Of a stretch of 64,000 nt of DNA, positions 38,475 through 51,620 are shown one piece after another. Both the position numbers and the translations under genes were made by a program. The DNA comes from Ylistrum balloti. Lineage: Eukaryota. Location: contig NW_026782024.1 in the NCBI RefSeq assembly GCF_031769215.1, positions 1,054,001-1,118,000 of the forward strand. The letters run 5' to 3'. The notes beneath the pieces were generated by a model. That model had not been told where the DNA came from, ran no database searches, and worked only from the letters and a program-made list of their open reading frames with translations. Positions within the stretch are counted from its first letter, which is position 1; each line of letters begins with the position of its first letter.

Positions 38475-38965
38475 TATTCTACCAAATGTCTTGATAATGA
38501 CTTCCAAAAGACTCGATAATGACTTCCACAGGACTTGATAATGCCTTCCAAAGGTCATGATAATGACTTCCAAAGGTCTTGATAATGACTTCCAAAGGTC
38601 TTGATAATGACTTCCTAAGGTCTTGATAATGACTCTTAAGGTCTTGATGATGACTTCCAAAGGTCTTGATAATGACTTCCAAAGGTCTTGATAATGACCA
38701 CCAATGGTCTTGATGATGACTTCCAAAGGTCTTGATAATGACTGCCAAGATCTTGATAAAGACTACCAAAGGTCTTGATGATGACTTCCAAAGGTCATGA
38801 TAATGACTTCCAAAGGTCTTGATAAAGACTACCAAAGGTCTTGATATAGACTACCAAAGGTCTTGATAAAGACTACCAAAGGACTTGATAATGACTTCCA
38901 AAGGTCTTGGTAATGACTTCCAAAGGTCTTGATAAAGACTACCAAAGGTCTTGATGATGACTTCA
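38475..38965. repeat. 22-bp minisatellite, ~22 copies, with a degenerate tail to ~39250
   Basis: Unit AAAGGTCTTGATAATGACTTCC (starts at 38550, 38572); explains the ORFs at 38427-39081. Confidence 0.92.
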
Positions 38966-41739
38966 TAAGATATCGGTAATGAATTCCAAAATATTTTGAT
39001 ACTTACTTCAAATATTTTGATAGTTACTTCAAATATTTTGATAATTATTTCTAACTTCAAATATATTGATAATAGCTTCAAAACTTTTAATGATTTCGAT
39101 GAACGATAATGGTGATGACGTCAAAAGATTTTGAATGTGACTATTAAAGATTTTGATACAGATTTGAAAATATCTTAACAGTGATATCGAACGACTGTGA
39201 TAATGGCTTTAAAAGATTTTGATAACGATTCTTTAAAAAATGAATATTAACCAAAAATGAATTGATAATGGGTTAAAGGTTTTGACATCAATTATTAATA
39301 AGGAAGCTTATGATGATTTCATTTTAAAATGTTTTATAAGGAACCTTGTAAGATGTGTCTCTTCATTGCCAAGTTGGCGGAACTCGTGCTGGTGCTCGAC
39401 TTTATTATCAAAGTGCGCTTCCTTTTGAAGTCATTTACTATGTAAGTTCACATTCCCATTTACTTTTTGACGCTTCCTTCGGATCAGTTCGTAACTTACT
39501 TGTTGGTCTTCTTCTAGCTTAAATATTTAATATTTAATTTTTTTGTTTATATTTCGCCCTAGCTTGATTGAATTTGAGTTTGGATTATGATTATGTTGAC
39601 ATGTTGGTATTTTCTATTTTCAACAATTCAGATCCACGACATCACCAACGAGCCTTAGATGGACAAATCAACTGTATGATACAGTTTAATTCACTGACAC
39701 TATTTCATCTGATTTCAAATTTGTATTTGTAAATGTTATTGATTTGCTTACGTACCCTTATCATTCGAAAAAATTGGGAAAATAGAGATTTTTCAGTGTA
39801 GCATAGTAATGACTTGGCCAGTATAAATGATTCTATGTATTCTAATGAGTCCGGCAAAGGAAAACATCTTTACATTTGCACGAAAATGTTACTACAGTAC
39901 ACATATTTATACTGATAGGTATAACCTGCTGGTTCCCTCTAAGAAGTAAATTAACTTCTGTTCTTCAAAAAGATTAGTAAACCAAAGGGAGAAATCCAAC
40001 TCCACTAGCCTACACATTGTATAGACTTGTGCACTCACACAAAAGCATTTACATTTACGTGAAGGATTATATGGTATAATAAAAGTAACAAAGAAATACG
40101 GGAATTTATAGATCAAATTATATAGTACATAAGAATTTACAGCATTAAAATGACGACAGTAAATACTTACAGCATTCGGCATTCTCTTCTCGTTAAATTT
40201 ATCCAGTTTGGTACAAGTCCGTAGGTAAAACAACATTTGGAAATTTTCATATTTACTCATTGACTACGGAATTTAACCGTACAGTGCAAGAGTGACGTAG
40301 ATAATTATACAATGTAAAATGCCTGATTGTGTCTATTCATTCCAAGTAGCGGTATCGTACAGAATTCCATCCTTTGCTAAAATCACCAGAATGACACATC
40401 AGTCCGTAAATAATCTCACTAGAGCAAAGTATTATTAAAGCAATTACCTCCAACGTTTGACCATTATGACGTCATTATCATGAGCGTAGAAACGGCGATG
40501 TTTCGCCATTATAAACGCCTTTCCTATTTGACGGATTGCACAGCCGATCGTATGAATTAAATTTTAATCGGCATTGGACTATATAAACATATAAAGCGCA
40601 AGATTTTATGAATGGCTGCAACTGACATTCATAACGACCATAAATGCCATGAAAAATGCAGTACTTAAATGCATGTCGTGTTCTTGAAAACAGTCATCCT
40701 TGATCTGTATCTTCGCATGAATAAATTCAGACTCCGTATGTCGTCATGGTATCAGGCCAGGTGCTGCTGTTATTGGTAAACCTAAAATAATCATAGACTT
40801 TCTCGTAAAGGAAAACAAGCCATATCACTTGGATATTCATTACAGGTCTTATAATTACGATGTAGCGAATCGCATTTAATGGATATTCATGATTTTGTAG
40901 CGATGATAATAAACTAATGCCTATTTTATTCAGAATTTGAAGTAAAGCACACGTTCCAATTATATATGTATGAGTTAATATACCTCTACATGAAATCCAT
41001 GATTCTAAGTGATCGGATTCCTTTGGAAAGTTATAACATCATGTATACGAATTGAAAATTCATGTTTTATGCATGTTCCTACAATTCGCGTAACAGCCGT
41101 TTTCTCATTACCTTAGAGGAAATTCATGTGCGCTTTGATACATATGGAATACTACTTCCCGTTATAAGGGGAAACTAATTACTTTCCTCTAGCCAACATC
41201 ACAACATTTACGTGCACTCGAATGATAGGCTTCAGTACGGTAATAAGGTTTGATAATAATAAGCTTCTTTGGCACAAATCAATATATTAAAACAACGTCT
41301 GTGACGATATAAAATCTAGGCCAGCTACATAAATACATCATGAAGGATTTGACAGAATCCAAGCGTCTGGATGTAGTTATGTAAACGTTATGACCAAGGC
41401 CTGGCAATAATGCTATAACAGTGGCAGCTTGATAATAAGTTACTAACAATGAAATGAAACAATTTGAATTATTGATGTTAGATATGTGAAAGGTGAGGTC
41501 GTCACACTGACAGCTAAAACTAACATACAACCATTCAGCTCGTACGATACTCCTTTGAATACTGCCTATAGATTCTATTCGAGTTTCCGTTCGATTCGCA
41601 CAGAGGCGATCGCGTGGTACGGCTGACGTCGTGATCGATATACCAACAGACATGTGTGGTTCGCCCGCCATTGTGGATGTGGATGTCGAATTGTGTAGAC
41701 ACAACAGATATCTGCACAAAGAAGGGACTTTCAAAGCTG

Positions 41740-42109
41740 TTATACCGCGGCATCCTCATCGGCTACCTTGTGCGCTGTGAACTTATTTGGATACATTGTG
41801 TCTGAAAGTGGAGCTCTTTTTTGGCTCTTCCGGTGTGGTATAACTAACCTTCTGATCGTGAAGAAGAAGCAGACGACACATGGTCCTAACCACCAAGCGG
41901 CTGACCTACAGACAAATGAAGGTGAATTCAGAATTTATTTTTTGTGATAGTGACTTTCTTTTCTTGCATACAATCATACTATATTGACGATTTATATGAA
42001 TGACTTCCACTACCATCCCTATCTTCCTATGTCACACACTCGGTATGAGCTGACGTGGATATCGGTATTGTCGTGTGATGATACTCATGGCAACCACCGC
42101 ATAGCGATC
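41740..42109 (-). CDS. Candidate last two exons (42040-42109 and 41740-41905) of an unknown membrane protein
   Basis: Both splice junctions are phase 2. The joined peptide is SLCGGCHEYHHTTIPISTSAHTE-SAAWWLGPCVVCFFFTIRRLVIPHRKSQKRAPLSDTMYPNKFTAHKVADEDAAV*. No homology recognised and no upstream exons found. Confidence 0.3.
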
Positions 42110-42309
42110 CTATTGTAACACTGGTATGTACCCACAAATCGAAATAGTTCATGGATAAGGAGAAAACGTTGTATCATGCTAAATTTTAAGTGGTAGCTTA
42201 AAAACTCTTCTTGAACAAAATGTTCAATGGTCCGTTATGAAATTTGAATTATATGATTTCTATTATGTAGATGTGCAATTATCGTGCGTTGTTTAAAATG
42301 TGGTCATGA

Positions 42310-43460
42310 AATTCTGATGTACGCACGAGACAGTCATGTGCAGTACTGATGTAAGCACGAGGCAGTCATGTGCAGTACTGATGTACGCATGCGACAGTCA
42401 GTGCAATACTAATGTAAGCACGGGACAGTCATGTGCAGTACTGGTGTACGCACGAGACATTCGACTGCATTGCTGATGTACGAAAGAGACAGCCATGGGT
42501 GAACTTGTGTACGCACGAGACAGTCATGGGTGTACTGGTGTACGCAGGCGACAGTCATGCCCAGCACTGATGCACGAGACAGTCATGGGTAAAGTACTAA
42601 TGTACGCACGAGAGAGTCATGGACAGTACTGTTGTACGTATGTGGCAGTCTGTAGTGATGTACGACCTCGACATTCATAGGCTGTAGTGGTGTACGACGT
42701 CGATATTCATAGGCTGTAGAGGTGTACGACGTCGACATTTATAGGCTGTAGTGATGTACGACGTCGACATTCATAGGTAGTAGTGGTGTACGACGTCGAC
42801 ATTCATAGGTAGTAGTGGTGTACAACGTCGACATTCATAGGCTGTAGTGGTGTACGACGTCGGCATTCATAGACTGTAGTGGTGTACGACGTCGGCATTC
42901 ATAGGCTGTAGTGGTGTACGACGTCGACATTCATAGGCTGTAGTGGTGTACGACGTCGACATTCATAGGTAGTAGTGGTGTACGACGTCGACATTCATAG
43001 GTAGTAGTGGTGTACGACGTCGACATTCATAGGTTGTAGTGGTGTACGACGTCGACATTCATAGGCTGTAGTGGTGTACGACGTCGGCATTCATAGACTG
43101 TAGTGGTGTACGACGTCGACATTCATAGGTAGTAGTGATGTACGACGTCGACATTCATAGGCTGTAGTGGTGTACGACGTCGACATTCATAGGTAGTAGT
43201 GGTGTACGACGTCGACATTCATAGGCTGTAGTGATCCGACAGACATGAGCAATACTGATGTAAACACGGGATAGTCATTGGCAATACCTGTGTACTCACG
43301 CAAAAGTCATGGGTATTACTGTTGCACGAACGAGCCAGTCAAAGGTAGCACTTTTGAAAGAGCGCGACAGTCACTACCAGTGCTGTAATGTGCTCATCCA
43401 ATAGTCATGAATAGTACTGATGTATGCGCGGGACAGTCATAAGCACAACTCATGTATGGT
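42310..43460. repeat. 32-bp satellite: homogeneous core of 18 copies (42650-43235) flanked by degenerate related units
   Basis: Core unit CTGTAGTGGTGTACGACGTCGACATTCATAGG; flank unit ~CTGATGTACGCACGAGACAGTCATGTGCAGTA. Confidence 0.93.
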
Positions 43461-44180
43461 CACGACTGTCGTTGGCAGTTTTATCTATGCAATTTTCGTT
43501 CGTAGTTCATACATCTAAATACATGTATAACACATCAACTTGTTAATTGATTTTAGACGAGATTGAAGTCACTGATCTAGATGACACAGTTGATAAATAT
43601 TAGGAAAGAATATAATATGTCTTTTATGTAAGTAAAATGTTAGGGTGGTATGATCAGACCATCATTGTACAAAACCCTCAAGTCATTGTCAAGGTCAAGG
43701 TAAACTCATAAATTGCTAGCCCCTCGTTCCGATGAGTAAATAGTGCAGTGGCTTACAATGGGAAGCTTTTCTATGCCTTACGTGATTACGACTGAACGTG
43801 TGTAGCGCCAACTAGACGGTTTACCTGGGGTCTGTAAAGTATACGGTAGTCAGCAGATGTTCGTGATTACTTGGTGTATAAATAGTTTATTCCGATTTAC
43901 AGTGTGTATAAAAATAACATCAAACCCATTTACTTCATCTCATATCTATACAACGGGCGATGTATTAAGGCGTAATTAAAAGATCAACATTAATTTCAGG
44001 TACATGTACCATACACGATTCAAAAGTAGTCTGAAGTTTATTCTGTATATATATAGATAAATAGGACTATTTTGAAGAAAAAAAAACAATTGACACACCA
44101 TCTTTATATCATTGACGATTATATATGAATCTCAATGAAAAAATCTTTCAATTTCACTTTCTTTAATTCTATCATTATCT

Positions 44181-44613
44181 ACCTATCTGGTTGTATACTG
44201 TTCAGACAAAAGGTGATATTCACAAACTAATACCTACCTATCTGGTTGTACACTGTTCAGACAAAAGGTGATATTCATAAACTAATACCTACCTATCTGG
44301 TTGTACACTGTTCAGACAAAAGGTGATATTCACAAACTAATACCTACCTATCTGGTTGTATACTGTTCAGCCAAAAGGTGATATTCACAAACTAATACCT
44401 ACCTATCTGGTTGTACACTGTTCAGACAAAAGGTGATATTCACAAACTAATACCTACCTATCAGGTTGTATACTGTTCAGCCAAAAGGTGATATTCACAA
44501 ACTAATACCTACCTATCCGGTTGTACACTGTTCAGACAAAAGGTGATATTCACAAACTAATACCTACTTATCTGGTTGTACACTGTTCAGACAAAAGGTG
44601 ATATTCACAAACT
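44181..44613. repeat. 55-bp minisatellite, ~8 copies
   Basis: Unit ACCTATCTGGTTGTACACTGTTCAGACAAAAGGTGATATTCACAAACTAATACCT (starts at 44181, 44236). Confidence 0.95.
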
Positions 44614-46939
44614 GGTAATTAGTTTTTGTGGAATACTCAGATAGCACCTGATAGAAAAGATAATTTTATTTTCATTTCTTACTTGATTTTTTAAATGTTT
44701 TTTTTTTTTTTTTTTTTACATCAAATGAGTAAAAAGCTTTTGACCAAAATGTTTGAAACACCATTCTGCCTCATTAATGAGCTGTCAGTAGGATTATGCC
44801 TGTGAATAAGGTATTCTTCCGTCTATATATACTCTCATCAACTAGAAACCGGAGACTTCTTTACTACCTCGATTACTGATAACAGTCATAAAACATTAAA
44901 GATACACGATAATTGTAACAAGTTCAATTTTCAGTTCGGGATTTTTTTTATATTTACCGGCTTATAACTAATGAAAATATTTTGTCAATCATGCCATAAT
45001 ATTTATATAATTACTCCTGAGAATTGCTATACACCATTACTAAGCTGTTTTTCTCTGTATAAATAGACACTGCTAAGTATGATCTGGACAAAAACAGAAA
45101 AACAACATCAATTTGTGTCTATCCGTCTATAACCCTAACATTACCAACAAAATAAGCATGAACATCTCTGTGCTGTTTTGTTTAAAACTGAGCAAACATC
45201 ACCATGACCTTTTTATCACAATAACCGCGGAATGTATGTTGATGACGACTGTAATATTTCAGCATATACTATATCTTTGTTTTCACAGTTGTGAAGCTGC
45301 TATTTTATAAACAGATGGGTTCATGTCATGGTGACTGGCTGCAGTTTAGCTGTTCATTAAATGTCAAACATGAAACTGCGCAGAAGGAATTTCACTAGGT
45401 TCGTCCTCTCAATGGAAACAGTACAAATATGGTGTGCGGTTAAAGTAAATCTGGTTTAGGTTCGGAATTGTTAGTTTTTTTTAATTAACGTCCTCTTATG
45501 TCATAATACGAAGGTTTTATGTGATTTCACGATGCCGTGAACATTTTTAACATCAATAGAGGATGTGATTATTTTATGGTTGTTGATATGGTTCTTACTC
45601 AGTCGGTAAAGGCTTTGGAAGTACTAATAATAGATCTAATTCTTTTTTTTCCAACAAGAGATAATATTTTTGAAAGAAATATGCTAAAAAAAACCACGTG
45701 TGTATATAACATGTGACGGCATGACTTCTGTATCGTTAGCATTGCTGACGTGTCCTTGAAGCCGTGTCTAGTTTATAGATAGCTGTCCTACGGTGACAAA
45801 TAACGGACGGAAGGAATCTGACTCATCACCGCAACAAGGTAGAGGGATAATTTGAACTGGGATATTTACCACACACAGACATTAGATATATACGCCTCCA
45901 TTAAATTATCAGATAGAATAAAGAACATAAAACATAACGACTGCGACAGCAAGGCACCGCATAGTTTATTCAATTTGATACAAATGTTCAAACTTCAAAC
46001 CTTAACAATGTATACAGCAATATTTCAGAATTTCTTAATATAATTGTTAAGTTATCACCCGTTAAATGTTTTAAAAATCACACTGTAGATTAAGGCCATG
46101 AGTCATAATATTTTCCCGGAAAAAAAATTGCACGTGTACAATCCGCTTGCTGTCGCCTGAATTTACACCGATATTTGCACCATCCGCACGTGCAAATACA
46201 CAACAACGTGACCTATTGACGTTAACAGACCACGTGCAAAATAATTTCAACCTGATTTCCTGGTTTATCTGTTGAAATTATATATATATATGTATATATA
46301 TATTGCATTTTTTATTTCATTGTCTGCTGGGTTGTTTATAATGCGTCAGTCACGTGTGCCTCAAACACGACAAAAGGGTGCATAGCAATGACAGACAAGA
46401 AAATATTACGTTCTTATATTCAATAAAGTGTCTCTCTAGGACTAATGAAAAATAAAAGATTTCTAAAGTGTTAAAACATTAAGTTGGAGAAAAACTGAGG
46501 AAACTTGGCCGAATATGTAGATATATAGGTACACCGACTACAGTTGTTTCCACGCTTAACACTAGATTACGATTTACTTACGATTATAAGAAATATTAAT
46601 TTGTATAACATTGTATATAGATATGTATTGGGAAAGTTAATTATTCTTCATAATTATTAAGGTGTTATGATACCGGAAGTAATCAAATCAATCTGTAGTG
46701 ACGTATAAGTTGTATCTCAAAAGTGATAATGTATTGGTAGTTTAAATATTCTAAAACTGTTTGTTTTACATGTATCTACTTCCAATCCATTCTATTCTAT
46801 CAGCATTCTTCATCATTTCACTTTATGGATAGCTAATAGAGATCACTGACCTGATATTGCCCCAAACATAACGACCGCCAATGATGTTATTTTCATTGAA
46901 ATTAATGGTAAACGGTCTGTTGTTTTGGTGATCGTCCAA

Positions 46940-47880
46940 GCTAGGCTGCTACTACAGGGTGTTCTTACGGTCAGACTTCTGGATACTAGGCTGCTACTAC
47001 AGGGTGTTTTTACTGTCAGACTTCAGGATACTAGGCAGCTACCACAGGGTGTTCTTACGGTCAGACTTCTGGATACTAGGCTTCAACTACAGGGTGTTCT
47101 TACGGTCAGACTTCTAGATACTAGGCAGCTACTACAGGGTGTTTTTACTGTCAGATGTAACCAGACTTTGAAGTATATTATTAAGCAGCTACTACAGGGT
47201 GTTCTTACTGTCAGACTTCTAGATACTAAGCAGCTACTACAGGGTGTTCTTACTGTCAGATTTCAGGATACTAGGCAGCTACTACAGGGTGTTCTTACGG
47301 TCAGACTTCTAGATACTAAGCAGCTACTACAGGGTGTTCTTACTGTCAGACTTCTAGATACTAAGCAGCTACTACAGGGTGTTCTTACTGTCAGACTTCT
47401 AGATACTAAGCAGCTACTACAGGGTGTTCTTGAACATGGGTATTCACAACAATATTTTAACGGTCAGACTTCTAGATACTAAGCAGCTACTACAGGGTGT
47501 TCTTACTGTCAGATTTCAGGATACTAGGCAGCTACCACAGGGTGTTCTTACGGTCAGACTTCTAGATACTAAGCAGCTACTACAGGGTGTTCTTACGGTC
47601 AGACTTCTAGATACTAAGCAGCTACTACAGGGTGTTCTTACTGTCAGATTTCAGGATACTAGGCAGCTACCACAGGGTGTTCTTACGGTCAGACTTCAGG
47701 ATACTAAGCAGCTACTACAGGGTGTTCTTACGGTCAGACTTCTAGATACTAAGCAGCTACTACAAGGTGTTCTTACGGTCAGACTTCAGGATACTAGGTA
47801 GCTACTACAAGGTGTTCTTACGGTCAGACTTCAGAGTACTTGGTCGCTACAACAGGATGTTCTTACAGTCAGATGTAACC
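46940..47880. repeat. 45-bp minisatellite, ~20 copies, with two interruptions
   Basis: Unit CTACTACAGGGTGTTCTTACGGTCAGACTTCTAGATACTAAGCAG; interruptions at ~47155-47185 and 47432-47459. Confidence 0.95.
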
Positions 47881-48519
47881 TTAATTAGTATTTGAAGTAT
47901 ATTAATTAAGTAGATTGATTAGTAATGGAGTGAATATCAAAAATTGTAAAAGCTGAATACCGAACTTCTTACTGGTACATGTACATTTATTTAGAATTAA
48001 AGACGATATTTTCTGAAAAGATTAAATACTTTTTTTCTGTAGATATGCTGCATAGGGAAAGGCTTTATCGCCTTAAAAGTAAATTTTCCAATATAAGGAT
48101 TGGGGCGTTTTCTAGTCTGGATATGTAGACAAATATACAAAGTTTGTTGAAGGTGCTAATAAGGGTATTTGTGCATGGAGCCAGCTCTGAATGGTCTTTA
48201 TAACGTCCTGATGTGGTGTCTAGACAGCTAATAACGTGTTCAAGACTTGAATGAATCTGTCTAAAACAACAGTCGTGTCGCCTTGAAAAAGGTCATTTCA
48301 TTTTCATTTTAGACTCCAGTTTTTTTATTATTCGTTTTATAGTGATAAAGTCTTTAACGGAAAAGCTCAATTTCGAATTCATTATATATTTGTATTACGC
48401 AGAAACATGTGAACATGGGTATTCACAACAATATTTTAACGAATATCATGACAGAAATCATCTTTTTTATTACATAAATAGTTAAAGGTATAATTCATAG
48501 AAATTATTAAAAACGATAT

Positions 48520-49190
48520 CCTCAGACACACCCGAACACATGTATTCACAGAAATGTTTTCACACAGATATTCAAAGAAATATCTTAAAACAGGTATTTA
48601 CATAAATATTTTAACACGCGTTTTCATGGAAATATTTTACACATGTATTCACAGAAATATTCTTACAAGAATATTCACAAAAAAATTGGGTTTTTTTACG
48701 TATATATGCATAAAAATGTTTATGGTTTTAACACATGTATTCAAAAAAAATTTCTAACACATGTATTCACAGAAATGTTTTAAGACGTTATTCATAGAAA
48801 TATTTTTTTTTAATATTCAATAGAAATATTTCAACACAAGTATTCACAAAAATATTTCTACAGAATTATGTATTAATAGGAATTTCTAACACATGTATTA
48901 ATAGGAATTTCTAACACATGTATTAATAGAAATTTCTAACACAAAGGTATTAATAGGAATTTCTAACACATGTATTAATAGAAATTTCTAACACATGTAT
49001 TAATAGAAATTTCTAATACATGAGTTCATAGAAATCTGTAAAACATGTATTAATATAAATTTCTAATACATGTATTAATAGAAATTTCTAACACATCTAT
49101 TAATATAAATTTCTAGGACATGTATTAATAGAAATTTCTAACACATCTATTAATAGAAATTTCTAGCACATGCATTCATAGAAATTTCTA
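48520..49190. repeat. ~25-bp AT-rich minisatellite, more degenerate on the left
   Basis: Unit AGAAATTTCTAACACATGTATTAAT (starts at 48878, 48903). Confidence 0.88.
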
Positions 49191-51442
49191 ATAGGAGGAA
49201 ACAGCTGTATGGTGCTGTCTTATTCACTGTGTACCTCTACTGTATCTAATTCTGAAATTGTATTAAAAGGTGCTATCTACTTGTGTGTATTTTATACAAC
49301 CTTTATATCCCCATAATTGTGCTAGTTTTGTTTATTTCATTCAGTTGCTTTATTTATATTTAAAAGACTCTTTAGTTATAAATGAGCAATAGACAATTAA
49401 TTTATTTTTAGATTGTTTATATTCTATATTAAGAACAAGCTTTCTTGTCACCAGGTCTGTTTTCTGTTGAGGGTTCTTACAAACCTAATGTTTGAGTGAT
49501 TTTTTACTACTAAATGAGTATATTGTATCAGGATGGACTGATCATTACTTGGCCTCTGAATGGCTCTCTTGCTACCCTTCTTTTATTCAAAGTATCTTAA
49601 TTGTAATATTTGTTTGATCTGGTTGTTTTAGAAGCAATTGATAACTGATGTTTTATCATCAGAACGATACGTTATAAACAAGATTAGTGTATTTTATTCA
49701 ATCTATCACGCACTAAAATCATGTGTCTATTTGAACTAAAGTAATCCCCAAAAAGGCCTTTGCTTTTTAACACACTCACACCAGGAAACAGGCGACTTCC
49801 TGTTACATTTAAAGAGATAGTCAACTGATATATGTTCCAGTTTGACCTGACATCGTCCAAGGATAACTGCCCCATTTACACTGATGAAACATTTTATCTG
49901 TTGTAGATAACAGACACTCGTATAACTGGACTTTCACACTCGAATGTCAAGGAGATTGATATAATATGCAAACTTGACATAGATCCCTGGAAGGTGACGG
50001 GTGGCATAGAGAAGACTAGGAGTTATATTTAGTGATGCCCTAGTGCGATAGTGTGATAGTGAGGTGTTAGAATTTATATAAATATACTACATACATACTC
50101 AGCGTTAGAAAGACATACAAACTGGTCCTTAAACTATCACCTTGTCAGAAAATGTATGTTTATGTGGCAGTATTTGAAACTTTTCATGGGATTTCATCAA
50201 TACACTGTTATGTTTATAGTTACTGGTCAGGCAGCGGCAGATTAAATTATAACATTCCGGATATTATAAATCTGTGTACCATTTTGTATTAGTATGTACA
50301 TGTTCCGTCTTTTACGGTGGCCGGTTTGAATTTTAGTTATCGAATGAGATTTTCCGGATAGAAAAAATAAAAACACGTGTTGGAGAAATCTTAGTAATTA
50401 GTAATCCATACCACAACCAAGCGAGTCGGTAACATGGTGGAGAATCCTAAGTACAGAAGCAGAGTTTCTGGTTCATAGCCGGTAACAACACAATACTGAA
50501 TCATAAAGTTCTCACAAGGCACACAACTATGTATAAGGGGAAAACGTTTCTGAAGTGATGGAAAATTGAATCATCTAACCGTATTGATCGGTGTTATTGT
50601 GTAGTTTCTCGTCATTAGCGGTCTGAAGACCGTGTCACATTCTATCTACATATAGAATAGTTGAAGCAGTTTTCTTTGACCTTCGTTCGCCTTCTAACAG
50701 TAATAATCCACACATTACGATAACAAGAGATGTAAAACGATAATATTTCCCGTATTAAATCATCTCTGGCGTCGGGATATAATCAAAATAATAGAAGACA
50801 GACAGATATGCAGGCGGACGGATTAACAATCGGACAGACGGAGACAGTTAGTGACGGAGAGGATACTTAGAGTTCAACTACGTCTTTAAAACTGAACATT
50901 CTGTCCTATAACTGACTGCTCGTGATCAACTTGTAACTTGTCATTTTGGATCATTGTCTATGTTTGTTTCGAGCTAAAACCCATCACATTCCATGTAATT
51001 ATTTCAAACAAAACGTCGTCAATGGCTTGGGGTAGCCATTCATTATCATATTGTGCTTTGTAGTGGAGTTATTTTATTGGTGTGAATTATCGATTTTTCG
51101 AAAACATTACCAAACAATTCGCACATGCTCCAACTCAGACTTTTCGCGGAATTAAATTAGATGATGTTCGCCACTTGTTTAGATTAAATTTCATTACCAG
51201 GCTAGTTAAACTAACGTATTTGACGTCGGGATGTGAACATTTTTATCAATTACATGAACGAGGAAAGCAAGAGGCACGTTCTGATCGACAAACCCGGAAC
51301 GGTCTGATTGATTAGACAATGTTAAAGATTTAGGTACCTCGGCAGAAAGAATTGAAATTCTGTCTTCTTCATCAGTTTATGAAACGCATGTGCAAGTTTG
51401 ACTTTAAAAACAATAGAAATTTTTTTTCGCTGAAGAAATTCA

Positions 51443-51620
51443 ACACGTCACTGCGCGTGTTTCTCTTAAACCCGGACAACTATTACGTGTTCCTTCACAA
51501 ATGTTCTGTCGTTTTCTTAAATTACACGTCACTGCGCGTGTTTCTCTTTGATATCCGGACAACTATTACGTGTTCCTTCACAAATGTTCTGTCGTTTTTT
51601 TAAACTAACTACACGTCACT
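51443..51620. repeat. ~81-87-bp tandem duplication
   Basis: acacgtcactgcgcgtgtttctc...cggacaactattacgtgttccttcacaaatgttctgtcg at 51443 and 51524, partial at 51611. Confidence 0.85.

Noticed and set aside
38427-39081. Repeat ORFs in the 22-bp array; likewise ORFs at 13309-16291, 17248-17711 and 54782-55242
   Set aside because: Translations of mini- or microsatellites.
39907-41734. Minus-strand ORFs 39907-40260, 41279-41734 and 41535-41759
   Set aside because: No recognised motif; the latter two are closed by stops just upstream, and a different frame explains the island better.
42650-43235. CRISPR array (palindromic 32-bp repeat)
   Set aside because: Units are head-to-tail with no unique spacers, no cas genes are present, and the context is eukaryotic. 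The same applies to all other arrays.
46925-47801. 185-aa and 125-aa ORFs of LLQGVLTVRLLDTKQ repeats
   Set aside because: By-product of a 45-bp unit (a multiple of 3) lacking a stop in one frame; non-ATG start and no splice or domain support.
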